The translations under genes and the position numbers were made by a program. A stretch of 64,000 bases of DNA from a virus (lineage: Duplodnaviria; Caudoviricetes): IMG/VR virus record IMGVR_UViG_3300028833_000124, positions 1 to 64,000 of that record; one strand, given 5' to 3'. The stretch's first letter is position 1. Every line of letters begins with the position of its first letter. Below the pieces are notes generated by a model that worked only from the letters and a program-made list of their open reading frames with translations, ran no database searches and was not told the origin of the DNA. This document shows positions 31,046 through 40,447 of this stretch, piece after piece.

Positions 31046-32359
31046 TTAAAAGTAGATTACACCTAATGGTGTGGCATCTGTTGTTATTTCAGCTGGACCG
31101 AATAATCCACCTCTCCACATGTCGGGGCAGTGGTCATTTATTTTTAATGGTTTATCTTCTCCTCTTTGTTGAGCTTTCTTATCCCAACTGTAGGTTTGTG
31201 CTTGACTTACACTATTAACACAGTCCTGGTGGATTAAGAATTTTTGATTATTGAATAAGTTTTGTATTTTCTTGATGTCTTCATATGTATCTGGTGCATA
31301 TGTCTGGACATTCATTTTTAATCTGCTGTCTTTTTGACAAGCAGTTTTCAATGATGCTGCATCATGGGGTAAGTATACTGTGTTGTTTTCATTTAAGTTA
31401 TATTTGTCTTGTAAGTGTACTATATCATCAACACGTTCACTATCTGATTGTGCCACTCCGATTTCTTCTTTATCGTAGTAGGTTTCTTCCAATAGGTAGT
31501 AGGTGTTACCTTGATGGGTGTCATAGTGTATTCCCATAACACCAAAAGTTGTAACAGTTGATACTCCGTAATCGCAGCATATGTTAATATTATGAATTTT
31601 TTGATCTTCCGGAAATTCATTATTTAAGTAATTCCATGTGAACACATTTTTATTAGTGTCAAACATGTCATAGATTGCTCCTTCAGCAATAACCCATTCA
31701 CCAAGAATATTCCTTTTATAGAACACTTCAGATTTCTGATTAACACGTTTTAATTCTTCAACATATTCTGTTGGTAAATTAGGATTGTCATCTAATAAGA
31801 ACTTCCATGTCTTAACAGTTCCAGCTTCCAGTAAATCATGATTGTTAATATAATTAACAAAAATATAATGATAAGGACTGTCAGGGTTAGTGTTCCAGAA
31901 CATTTTAGCTCCAACATCCGAACACCGTGATATTGCCATTTCTACCGCAGACTGCGGACACCTTGCAATCTCATCAGCATACCAACCACCGACAGACATA
32001 CCTGCGATGACATCAACAGCTTTCTCATCATTGAAACCCATCACATAACAGGTTTTACCATCAATGATTAATTCACCATCATAAGCATGAAACTCATAAG
32101 GGATATCCTCAGTATTCATCATCGCAATTAAAGGATTAATAACATTCCTTTTCAAAGATGATGAAGTCTTACCACTTATTAAAAATTCATTTGAATCTGA
32201 TTCAGCAAGAAATGTCAACCATCTTGCATTACAAGTAATAGTCTTACCAGACCTTACTGATCCATAAGCAATATTAATCCAAGCATCACTATTCTCAAAA
32301 AAGTTAACAGCAGTACGGCCAAACTCACCATATTCAAAATAATTCTTACTTGGCCTCAT
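31046..32359 (-). CDS. terL: Terminase large subunit
   Basis: Walker A GSVRSGKT, Walker B WYADE, TNPDSP, RNase H-like CCDYG and DHCPD. Confidence 0.95.
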   Translation of the reverse strand: MRPSKNYFEYGEFGRTAVNFFENSDAWINIAYGSVRSGKTITCNARWLTFLAESDSNEFLISGKTSSSLKRNVINPLIAMMNTEDIPYEFHAYDGELIIDGKTCYVMGFNDEKAVDVIAGMSVGGWYADEIARCPQSAVEMAISRCSDVGAKMFWNTNPDSPYHYIFVNYINNHDLLEAGTVKTWKFLLDDNPNLPTEYVEELKRVNQKSEVFYKRNILGEWVIAEGAIYDMFDTNKNVFTWNYLNNEFPEDQKIHNINICCDYGVSTVTTFGVMGIHYDTHQGNTYYLLEETYYDKEEIGVAQSDSERVDDIVHLQDKYNLNENNTVYLPHDAASLKTACQKDSRLKMNVQTYAPDTYEDIKKIQNLFNNQKFLIHQDCVNSVSQAQTYSWDKKAQQRGEDKPLKINDHCPDMWRGGLFGPAEITTDATPLGVIYF

Positions 32360-32753
32360 CTTCCCGCCTATGCTTATCTTTACTATTTCTTATAGCATCA
32401 GCAAGACCATTCAAACCTTTATGATTAACATCAGCTTCAATCTTCTCCCGCTTACCATACAAGTTCGGATGCCTACGTTCCAACATCCAAGCTGCAGCTT
32501 GCCAATGTTCCATACTAGCATTTGTAATAACCTGTTCAAAATTATGCAAAGCTTTCGATTTAGCTTTATCAACACATTCTTTGAACTTAACAAACTTAGT
32601 CCTACCTTTCGCATTCTCCGCTCTATCCATCCAATTATAATATGTTCTTTCAGTAATGCCAACATATCCACAGGCACCTAAAATACTATCTCCATTCTCA
32701 ATAGCTTGACAGAACTTTTCTTGCAATTCTGGAGTTAATTTAGTCTTAGCCAT
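32346..32753 (-). CDS. terS: Terminase small subunit
   Basis: N-terminal HTH (ACGYVGITERTYYNW), WQAAAWMLERR; directly upstream of terL. Confidence 0.75.
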   Translation of the reverse strand: MAKTKLTPELQEKFCQAIENGDSILGACGYVGITERTYYNWMDRAENAKGRTKFVKFKECVDKAKSKALHNFEQVITNASMEHWQAAAWMLERRHPNLYGKREKIEADVNHKGLNGLADAIRNSKDKHRREDEAK

Positions 32754-32812
32754 AGGATTAATCCCCTCCTTTTTTTTAATACTGAAATAACTGAAAATAA
32801 ATAAAAAAAAAT

Positions 32813-33802
32813 TTATGATATTTTCTCCAATACATTCACACGAATATGCTCAGCAACTGCTCTCATTAAGTTTGGTGGTACACTATTACCAATTCTTTCT
32901 TTAACTTGATTATCTGACCCTATCCATTTGAAATCATTATCCTCATAAGTAAATGATTGTAATATACTTAGTTCACTTACATCCAACTCCCTATCTTCCT
33001 GATAATGAACGAGTTGTGGTTTTCTTGTAATTGTTGGACATGGTTTATTAGGTAGTAATCTGTAAATATCCCTGGTCTTTGTTGGGAAGTTAGGCACATC
33101 ACCTGACTTCTGTCCAGGTTTTAAATATTTACTGTATCGTGTGATACTGGAGTTATTAGGTTTAATTTTACCTTCTAAATGTCCAATACTCTTTTTACAT
33201 GGTATTGGTTGGGTTTTTGGTTTTGGGTGACTTGCAGGTATTCCAAGGTCTTTTCTTACACCTATGAATATCATCCTTTGCCGACTTGTTGGACAGTTGT
33301 AGTATTGTGCGTTCATTAGTTTTGCACGAACATCATATCCACTTGCTTTTAGTTCACGTAGGATGTCTTTGAAGATGATCTTCATGTTACCTTTCACCAT
33401 ACCTGATACATTTTCCATTACGAATGTCTTGGGATATAATCCTCTTAGTAATCGGATGTATTCATGGTATAATTGATTTTTGAAGTCACAAAAGTCTCTT
33501 GCACCTGCGGTACTGAATCCTTGACATGGTGGTGACCCGTCGAAGAGGTCTAGTTCTCCTGGTATGAGTCCGGTTATGTCGAAGATTTTTTCAACACTTA
33601 ATTTGTGGATGTCACCGTAATATATTGGTGTATCTGGGAAGTTTTTTTGATATGTTGCTACTGCATGTGTGTCCATTTCGACTGCGAGTAGGACTTCATA
33701 TCCTGCTAGTTTGTAACCGTAGCTGCTTCCACCGCATCCGCTAAAGGTTGAAATTACTTTGGGTTTATGGTGAATATTCCTCTTTTGGGAGTTCATATCC
33801 AC
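32813..33802 (-). CDS. C5-cytosine DNA methyltransferase
   Basis: FSGCGG (I), GSPPCQGFS (IV), ENV (VI), QxRxR (VIII), IGNSVPP (X). Confidence 0.95.
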   Translation of the reverse strand: MDMNSQKRNIHHKPKVISTFSGCGGSSYGYKLAGYEVLLAVEMDTHAVATYQKNFPDTPIYYGDIHKLSVEKIFDITGLIPGELDLFDGSPPCQGFSTAGARDFCDFKNQLYHEYIRLLRGLYPKTFVMENVSGMVKGNMKIIFKDILRELKASGYDVRAKLMNAQYYNCPTSRQRMIFIGVRKDLGIPASHPKPKTQPIPCKKSIGHLEGKIKPNNSSITRYSKYLKPGQKSGDVPNFPTKTRDIYRLLPNKPCPTITRKPQLVHYQEDRELDVSELSILQSFTYEDNDFKWIGSDNQVKERIGNSVPPNLMRAVAEHIRVNVLEKIS

Positions 33803-34397
33803 ACCTTGGGCAAGTGATTGTTGGAATATTATCTGCTATGGATTCATCGTATTCTGGTTCATCTTCAGGGATTATCAGTGATGTGTCTAGATTTATGTCT
33901 TCTTCAACAATAGTTGAAGATTCATCATTTAGTTGATTTTCTTGTAATCCTGTGAAGCCTGATATTTCATTTTCATCGAATCCAGTTAAACCTATGTTGT
34001 TGAATCCTGAGTCTTTTAATTCTGTGAAGATGGTTTGTAATTTGTTTTCATCCCATTCTCCACTTACACGATTCAGTACTAGGTTTAATGCTTTTTTCAT
34101 ATCTTCAGAATCTAAACTTTTATCATTGTCTGGGAATACCCATCCGAAGCTTTCATTTAATCGGAGTAGGTTTAGTTCTGTGAAGATATTATTATCTAAT
34201 AAGTATTGGTCGAATAAGACGTCGAATCTTTGATGTCCTCCAATTATTTCATTATCAGATAAGCTGATTAATATTGGTTCCACTATTCCAAAGTTATCAA
34301 TACTGTTTTTTAGTTTCTGTTTTTCTTCTGTACTGATTTTTCTAGGATTATATTCGGCTGGTACAAGGTCGGTTATTTTTATTTTTTCGATTTCCAT
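33765..34397 (-). CDS. ParB/Srx-like N-terminal domain protein with C-terminal CPxCG knuckle
   Basis: LVPAEYNPRKI...SIDNFGIVEPI...IIGGHQRF. Confidence 0.85.
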   Translation of the reverse strand: MEIEKIKITDLVPAEYNPRKISTEEKQKLKNSIDNFGIVEPILISLSDNEIIGGHQRFDVLFDQYLLDNNIFTELNLLRLNESFGWVFPDNDKSLDSEDMKKALNLVLNRVSGEWDENKLQTIFTELKDSGFNNIGLTGFDENEISGFTGLQENQLNDESSTIVEEDINLDTSLIIPEDEPEYDESIADNIPTITCPRCGYELPKEEYSP

Positions 34398-34444
34398 TTT
34401 TGATGTCCTCCAAAAAAATTTTATACCAAACCCTTATTTTTTTG

Positions 34445-34463
34445 TCATTAAATCATTTAATGA
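34445..34463. promoter_or_regulatory. 9-bp inverted repeat TCATTAAAT-C-ATTTAATGA
   Basis: Intergenic, upstream of the ParB-MTase-terminase genes. Confidence 0.35.
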
Positions 34464-34500
34464 GCGTGAAATTTATTTTAAAAATAAAATATTTAGAATT

Positions 34501-34878
34501 TTATATGAAATGAGTAATTGCATTTAGTAATATTCCGATACCGGATATGAGTAATGCTATTATTGCGATTTGTTGTGTGTTACGAGTATTATTATCATTT
34601 TTTGTTTCTTTCATGAATTTATCATATAAATCTAATCTTGTCTCAATTGACTCTAATCGATTTTCTAATTGTGCATCATTCGTTTCTGAATGTAATATTA
34701 ACTTATTAACATTTTTATCTATATTATCAATTTTTTTATCCATATCTTTCAGGTCATCTTTGATTTCCTTTATTTGTTCTTTTTTATATTCGGCTTGCGC
34801 TTCTAATTCAGCGAGTTTTTGAGATTGACCCATGATTTGGTCTTCATGTAGGCATTCTGGACTAGGCATCATCATCAC
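34501..34878 (-). CDS. Coiled-coil protein with C-terminal transmembrane helix (lysis accessory, XhlA-like)
   Basis: Heptad pattern plus hydrophobic C-terminus; next to holin-like gene. Confidence 0.5.
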   Translation of the reverse strand: MMMMPSPECLHEDQIMGQSQKLAELEAQAEYKKEQIKEIKDDLKDMDKKIDNIDKNVNKLILHSETNDAQLENRLESIETRLDLYDKFMKETKNDNNTRNTQQIAIIALLISGIGILLNAITHFI

Positions 34879-34943
34879 CTACATATATTTCTTCATATTC
34901 ATTTGCAGGGTCAATATCTATGATTTCATCTTCATATTGATAT

Positions 34944-35270
34944 TTAGCAACCATCTTCGTCACCAACTACCACATCATCACTGATTTCATCTTCTTCTGA
35001 GATAGTTGGATCAACAATAATATCATCAGTTTCTTCTGGAACTGTTTCAGAATATTGTTCATGAACCATTTGTTCAGCTCTATTTACTCTTATATTTTCA
35101 GTCCCTTGTGTGACAATATATGCAGCTATACCTACAATTGGTGGTATTAACCATGCATAATCTGGAGGTATAATTTGAGCTAATCCGTCTTTACCAAGAT
35201 ATGCTATAAACATTGCAATGAATGATATAGCAGTTGCAAATTTTGATTTGTATTTGTAAGTTTCAACCAT
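34944..35270 (-). CDS. Holin-like membrane protein
   Basis: Two TM segments and acidic tail; start refined to MVETYK (35270, AGGGGT RBS) because the longer ORF-track start lies inside the RNA element. Confidence 0.55.
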   Translation of the reverse strand: MVETYKYKSKFATAISFIAMFIAYLGKDGLAQIIPPDYAWLIPPIVGIAAYIVTQGTENIRVNRAEQMVHEQYSETVPEETDDIIVDPTISEEDEISDDVVVGDEDGC

Positions 35271-35315
35271 AATATTACCCCTAAATAAATAGATTATAAA
35301 AAATAAAATTTTAAA

Positions 35316-35444
35316 GCTGTGAGGAGGATTTGCACCTCCATTTAAGGCTCCATGGACATTATTGTCAAAATACAATAGAATGTGACATTTAATTGAAATT
35401 ATAAGAGACTTTTAATTTTTTTATTTTGCCATGTTCTCCACAGC
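35316..35444 (-). ncRNA. tRNA-like RNA 1 (acceptor stem plus T-arm, enlarged interior)
   Basis: 5' GCUGUGG pairs with 3' UCACAGC; T-arm GGAGG-UGCAAAU-CCUCC; followed by a U-rich tract; no encoded CCA. Confidence 0.6.
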
Positions 35445-35450
35445 ATACAC

Positions 35451-35654
35451 TTATATGATGAGAAGACCGTAAGGTAAATCTATTTTGAATCCTGCAACAT
35501 AGTCAGAACTAGCACGGGTGATTAAACCACATATGGTACAGTATTCATAACTGCGGTTTTCACTACGAACAATTGTTAATGTCTTACAGTCAGGACATTT
35601 ATCAGTATTCTCTACTTCCTCAATTTCATCGTCTTCTAGTTCTTCATTGCACAT
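35451..35654 (-). CDS. TFIIB/TFB-type zinc-ribbon protein
   Basis: CPDC-x15-CTICGLI resembles the TFB N-terminal ribbon. Confidence 0.6.
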   Translation of the reverse strand: MCNEELEDDEIEEVENTDKCPDCKTLTIVRSENRSYEYCTICGLITRASSDYVAGFKIDLPYGLLII

Positions 35655-35876
35655 AGATTCCCAATTATTTGATTTTTGAATAAAAAAAAGTTTTTTATAA
35701 TATCTTCTCTATTAGTAAGTTAATACCTAGCGGAAACATTAATATTTGAGGGAATATCTTTTTCTAGTTGGAACTAGTTTAAAATAATAAACTATTATAT
35801 ACTAGTAACTATATATAACATATCAGTATAAAATTTTTTTGTTTCTTTTTTTAAAAAAGAAAAGGCAACCATCTAA

Positions 35877-36233
35877 TCATTTATCCAACACTGCAACATA
35901 AGTAAAACCATCCTTAACCTCAATAACCAACCTAAAATGAATATAAAACCATCCAGTAATATTAATAAACACTTCACTAGTCCTCGGAGGATTATCTGTA
36001 TAAAACTCAATACTTGGCCTTGCACCACCAACCTCAATAACACCATCATCCCTTAACAAAACACCATCCTCACCAAGACCAGGTAAATTAATAGTAACCG
36101 GACCTAAATTAGTTTCACACTTCAACAAACCATCAACATCACAATCATCAACATCACAAACATTAATCTTAACCATAATAATCACCTTCCCATTCAAAAA
36201 AATACATAAAATCCTTACCCACAGGAACAACAA
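35877..36233 (-). CDS. Hypothetical protein
   Basis: ORF; real start likely MVKINV. Confidence 0.5.
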   Translation of the reverse strand: MLFLWVRILCIFLNGKVIIMVKINVCDVDDCDVDGLLKCETNLGPVTINLPGLGEDGVLLRDDGVIEVGGARPSIEFYTDNPPRTSEVFINITGWFYIHFRLVIEVKDGFTYVAVLDK

Positions 36234-36591
36234 CTCTCACATTATTAAATAACTTAAAACAAATCTTATCAGAACAAAAAACAACACAATCTAAATGCCG
36301 TAAATTAAAACAATAATCCTTACGCTTACGATAACTACCAGAATCCGTATAAACAGTCTCATACTCACAATTAGTTAAAACCAATTCAGCATCATAAATA
36401 ACATTCACTTGAGAATAATACTCAGTAATGCTTTTCAATAAATTAACAACTTCCGGATTGTCCAATAAGTCTTTTGAATCAAATTGAACTGTAGGTTTGT
36501 TTAAACGAAGATTCGCACCACTAAACATATTATCTTTTACCTTCCCTAACAAGAATGTCATGCTCATCAATAGTATGGTTACGTGGAACAA
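36169..36591 (-). CDS. Hypothetical protein
   Basis: ORF; real start likely MFSGAN. Confidence 0.5.
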   Translation of the reverse strand: MFHVTILLMSMTFLLGKVKDNMFSGANLRLNKPTVQFDSKDLLDNPEVVNLLKSITEYYSQVNVIYDAELVLTNCEYETVYTDSGSYRKRKDYCFNLRHLDCVVFCSDKICFKLFNNVRVVVPVGKDFMYFFEWEGDYYG

Positions 36592-37045
36592 TCGGAATGC
36601 GCTGCATAAAATTTTCCAATAATCTGCAAACTATAATTTCAAAAACTTGATCTGTTAAACCATACTTTTTTGATACCCTGTAACTTTGTAATTTTATTTT
36701 GCTGTTTTCAATCTTTTTAACATAAAACATGAATGCTAAGATTATGCATTTTTCTGAAGCTGTATGATGTAGTTTTTTAAAGTTGCTGCTGAATTCATCT
36801 ATTAGGTATCTGACAAGTTTTTTCTGATTTGGGGATAGGACTAATGTTTTTGCTTCAAGGCATAATTCATCAAAGTCATTGAATAATTCTAAGCATAATT
36901 CATCAAATATTAAATGTCTGTTTTTTCTTTTTTGTTCATATCTTACTTTTCTGTTTGTTTCTTTGCTTCTTATTTCTCCTCTGACATAGGGCTTTTCATA
37001 TAATCCTAATAAATATTCTAAGCTTCTTTCTTTCATAAAAATCAC
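36530..37045 (-). CDS. Helical protein resembling a TFB cyclin-fold repeat
   Basis: LSPNQKKLVRYLI...SEKCIILAFMFYV...VSKKYGLTDQVF helix pattern; weak similarity by eye. Confidence 0.4.
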   Translation of the reverse strand: MIFMKERSLEYLLGLYEKPYVRGEIRSKETNRKVRYEQKRKNRHLIFDELCLELFNDFDELCLEAKTLVLSPNQKKLVRYLIDEFSSNFKKLHHTASEKCIILAFMFYVKKIENSKIKLQSYRVSKKYGLTDQVFEIIVCRLLENFMQRIPIVPRNHTIDEHDILVREGKR

Positions 37046-37236
37046 ATGATTGAATTTTTTTTTGGTTTTAATTTTATAATTCTCCTATGCATCTTCTTTT
37101 AGCTATTACTCCTAATCGAACCCAATCTGTTTCATCAGGATTAGCTTCAATTACTTCGTTGATTATTCTTTTTACTTCATCTTTATCAGCACATCTGTAT
37201 GCATCCCAGCAGGTGCGAACATACATGTGAACTTTA

Positions 37237-37563
37237 TCATGCATTTTTATCAACTACTTTGAATTGAATATAATAAATTCTTGTAAGATTATCTAAAGTC
37301 GGATAAATGTTTAATAATTCATTTTTTAATTCTTGCGCAGTTTTATATCCTTCTAAATTTGCATCTTCCTTGTTTAAATATTTGAATTGTTTATATCCAG
37401 TATCTGTAATTTGTATGAAACATTCTTTTTCAGTTCCAGGAAATATTGCTTTAACTATTTCATCTTTTTTGAATTTTTTATTGTGTTTTCTGATTGTTTG
37501 TCTTTTAATTCCGGAAATAATATCCTGATAATATTTTTTATTGAATTTTAATAATTCATACAT
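37237..37563 (-). CDS. ASCH domain protein
   Basis: IISGIKRQTIR...EDANLEG signature. Confidence 0.82.
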   Translation of the reverse strand: MYELLKFNKKYYQDIISGIKRQTIRKHNKKFKKDEIVKAIFPGTEKECFIQITDTGYKQFKYLNKEDANLEGYKTAQELKNELLNIYPTLDNLTRIYYIQFKVVDKNA

Positions 37564-37569
37564 AATTTT

Positions 37570-37773
37570 TTATCTCCTGTTTTTTTCATAATGTTGGCAT
37601 GCTGTGTCATTGAATTTTATTTTTAAAGTTGGTGTTTCAGATGGTTCTGCTCCATCCGGTTGTGGTTCTGGTGGGAATAGTTCATCTACCTTGCTGCAGT
37701 AATGGTAGAAGTATCCATCGGTTGTTGTTTCGGTTCGTGTGTAATGTTTGCATTTTCCACAAATGTTAACCAT
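37570..37773 (-). CDS. Small Cys-rich protein
   Basis: CGKCKHY...YCSK...CQHY. Confidence 0.55.
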   Translation of the reverse strand: MVNICGKCKHYTRTETTTDGYFYHYCSKVDELFPPEPQPDGAEPSETPTLKIKFNDTACQHYEKNRR

Positions 37774-37776
37774 ATT

Positions 37777-38430
37777 TTAATCCCCTTTAACATCAACATC
37801 TTGGATTTTATCTAATCCTTCAATTGCTTCCTTCATTATTCTTTTAGATTCTTGAACAACTGGATTGTCATTGTTGGCCATCATTTCATCTTCATATAAT
37901 CTTTTCAAATGAGTTAAGTAATCAATAGCTTTCACAATATCTTCTGAAGCATTGTGTTTATGTCCTGCACGGACAGTATATTTAATCACATTTCCTTTAA
38001 TGAAACCTATAAGTTCTTCACGTGATAATAAACCTTTTTTAAATGCTTCCAATGGACTTAATCCATTGCCTGCATAATAGTCCGGTTCAGCTAATCTTTC
38101 AGTTGGTTCATTTTTATGTTTTTCTTCAAGTTCTCTAATACTTATTGGAACATCAGTCATATTATCATCTTCTTCTTTATCAAGCACATCCCCTAAAACA
38201 ACCATATCTTCGTTTAGAGGTGAATGCATATTTTTTATTAGATTTTGTTTAAAAATTTCTAATTCTTCACCACTCATCGAATCATCATTCTTATTTTCTT
38301 TTACCCATTTTTCAAACAGTTTTTCAGTATCCACACCGGTATTTGCACCATTCTGATTTAATATTTCCGCAAATAATATTCGACCTAATTCTTCATCACG
38401 TAATGCATCATTTAACATAAAACTAAACAA
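37777..38430 (-). CDS. DUF3310-family protein
   Basis: PDYY...GFIKGNVIKYTVRAGHK...EDIVKAIDYL. Confidence 0.78.
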   Translation of the reverse strand: MFSFMLNDALRDEELGRILFAEILNQNGANTGVDTEKLFEKWVKENKNDDSMSGEELEIFKQNLIKNMHSPLNEDMVVLGDVLDKEEDDNMTDVPISIRELEEKHKNEPTERLAEPDYYAGNGLSPLEAFKKGLLSREELIGFIKGNVIKYTVRAGHKHNASEDIVKAIDYLTHLKRLYEDEMMANNDNPVVQESKRIMKEAIEGLDKIQDVDVKGD

Positions 38431-38716
38431 CTCCTAAATCAATTACCTCATCTGCATTAATAATACAATACTCTAAAATTGAATCATAATTAAAAAAAGC
38501 AACAGTACCATTGCTTTGACTTATTTTAATCCAATATTCATCAAAATAAATCTCCTCCACTTTACGTAAATAAAAAACAGTACTGGCTTCATGATAATTT
38601 AATTGGAAAGATAAAGCAAAATCATTAATCTTTTCCTTAACCTTATCCAATACTTCTTTAACATTATTTATAATCAAAGGAGCTCTTTCATTTATCCCAA
38701 TTTCCATTATAATCAT
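38423..38716 (-). CDS. Hypothetical protein
   Basis: Coupled ORF. Confidence 0.55.
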   Translation of the reverse strand: MIIMEIGINERAPLIINNVKEVLDKVKEKINDFALSFQLNYHEASTVFYLRKVEEIYFDEYWIKISQSNGTVAFFNYDSILEYCIINADEVIDLGVV

Positions 38717-39393
38717 ATCCTTTTTCGATTTATTGCACGCATAACAATACCTGCAGTTTTACTACCAATTCCTTTAATTTCTTGTAAAGTATTATTATCT
38801 AACTTTAACAAGTCATCTAAATCATATAATCCTAGATTATCAACTATTAATTCAGCAGTATCATCACCAATATGTTTAGTTAATGCCAGATAATTGAATG
38901 CAGGATTATCAGTTTTCTGTTTTAATCTTTTCACAACATGTTTATTATCAAGACATTTTCGGGATTGTTGTCTCATGAATTTTATAGCTCTTTCTTCTGT
39001 ACTGCATTCTTTAACAGTGGTGAAAGTGTTTAATCTTGCTATTGCTCCATCATAATTATCCCATCCAAAGACATATGCTTCTCCATCAAAACCATCAAAC
39101 ATTTCATGTTTCTCCAGGTCACTTGCAACTACTATTACAAAATGGTATGGGAAATTTGTTGTTTGGTCGATTGCTTGGTTAAATATGCGTTTGCTTTCAA
39201 CACTATCAATGAAATCAGTTAATGTTTTGTATTCAAAGCATACTTGATTATTGAATATATAATCGCCTACTAGTAATTCTTTTACAGTTACATTGTCTTG
39301 TTTGGATTTGTAGTAACATGCTGCTTTTCTGATTCTGTCATCGTGTTCACGATGATCTATCTGTATATTGAAATTTTTTATTTTTCGTGACAT
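38713..39393 (-). CDS. ERCC4/XPF-family nuclease with C-terminal helix-hairpin-helix
   Basis: IDHRE, VGDY, EYKTLTDF..S, IKGIGSKTA. Confidence 0.9.
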   Translation of the reverse strand: MSRKIKNFNIQIDHREHDDRIRKAACYYKSKQDNVTVKELLVGDYIFNNQVCFEYKTLTDFIDSVESKRIFNQAIDQTTNFPYHFVIVVASDLEKHEMFDGFDGEAYVFGWDNYDGAIARLNTFTTVKECSTEERAIKFMRQQSRKCLDNKHVVKRLKQKTDNPAFNYLALTKHIGDDTAELIVDNLGLYDLDDLLKLDNNTLQEIKGIGSKTAGIVMRAINRKRI

Positions 39394-39395
39394 GG

Positions 39396-40142
39396 TTAAT
39401 CAGTTTCTTCAAGTCTTGGTGCTAATAGGAATTTTAATGCTCCATCTCCAGTTATTAATTCAAATGTTAATTCTAATGGGATATCATCACCCAGGCTTAA
39501 TATGCAGGTTTCGCTTAATCCGCTTGCTTTCATCATGTCTTTTAGTTTTTCAAAACTGAATAATGATGTGTAAATGTCGGTTACGTGTTCGCCGTGGAGG
39601 TATTTTATTTCTCCGTCTCCGAATGTTCCGTCTGCTTTTATGATGAGATAATCTTGATTTACTATGAATTTTATTTTGTCGCTGAATATGCTCATGTCAG
39701 TTAAGGCATCTTTCAAAACATTGGAAGGTATCTTTAAATTAACTGGATGGTCAATCTTTGGAGGAGTTGCCGGTTCATAATTCATATCTATTAATCGAAG
39801 ATTAAATTTCCTTGTTGCATCACCTTCAAAGATTAATATTACATTACCCTCATCTACAGTAAGTCGTAAAATATCTGATGTTTTGCATTTTTTCAAAACT
39901 TTAATAAACTCAGAAGTATCAATATTCAACTTCTCAGGAACACTACAAACATACTCATCAAACAAATCTTTAGTTAATTCCATATTAACAAAAGTAATAT
40001 GACTACGGTCCAATGCTTTTAAACGAATACCCTCTGAATCACATTCTAAAACCACTTCATCAATAATATTACTAATACTTTCAAAAATATCTTTAAAAAT
40101 TTTATTATTACTTAATTCTAATTTAAAAGTCAATAAACTCAA
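39396..40142 (-). CDS. pcn: Archaeal-type PCNA sliding clamp
   Basis: ALDRSHITFVNMEL, C-terminal LKFLLAPRLE; 248 aa. Confidence 0.95.
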   Translation of the reverse strand: MSLLTFKLELSNNKIFKDIFESISNIIDEVVLECDSEGIRLKALDRSHITFVNMELTKDLFDEYVCSVPEKLNIDTSEFIKVLKKCKTSDILRLTVDEGNVILIFEGDATRKFNLRLIDMNYEPATPPKIDHPVNLKIPSNVLKDALTDMSIFSDKIKFIVNQDYLIIKADGTFGDGEIKYLHGEHVTDIYTSLFSFEKLKDMMKASGLSETCILSLGDDIPLELTFELITGDGALKFLLAPRLEETD

Positions 40143-40441
40143 CTCCTTGCTCTTCTTCCTTTTGGATTGGATTTATATGGATTTTTACTCCACTTAATTG
40201 GATTATTAGGTCGTTCATGCTTATTCGGAATAATAACTGCTCCCACAATAAAATTCAAATCAATTAAACATCTATCACCTTTCAAAACATTACCCTGCTT
40301 AAATGAAACATCATGTTCAGGTTCAATAATAAACTTCCAATAACTCTTTTCAGAGGACCTTTCTTTATCTGTGAGTAATCTAACTGCTTTATTTTCAGAT
40401 TTAGCTTCTTGAATTAATTCATATAATGCAGTTGAATTCAT
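40139..40441 (-). CDS. Hypothetical protein
   Basis: Coupled ORF. Confidence 0.55.
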   Translation of the reverse strand: MNSTALYELIQEAKSENKAVRLLTDKERSSEKSYWKFIIEPEHDVSFKQGNVLKGDRCLIDLNFIVGAVIIPNKHERPNNPIKWSKNPYKSNPKGRRARS

Positions 40442-40447
40442 AATCCC

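Noticed and set aside
35271-35375. N-terminal extension of the holin ORF (MYFDNNVHGALNGGANPPHSF...) and similar extensions at 18884-18964, 22788-22868, 43773-43835
   Set aside because: Better starts with RBS or promoter context exist downstream for most; the extensions run through RNA structure or homopolymer spacers.
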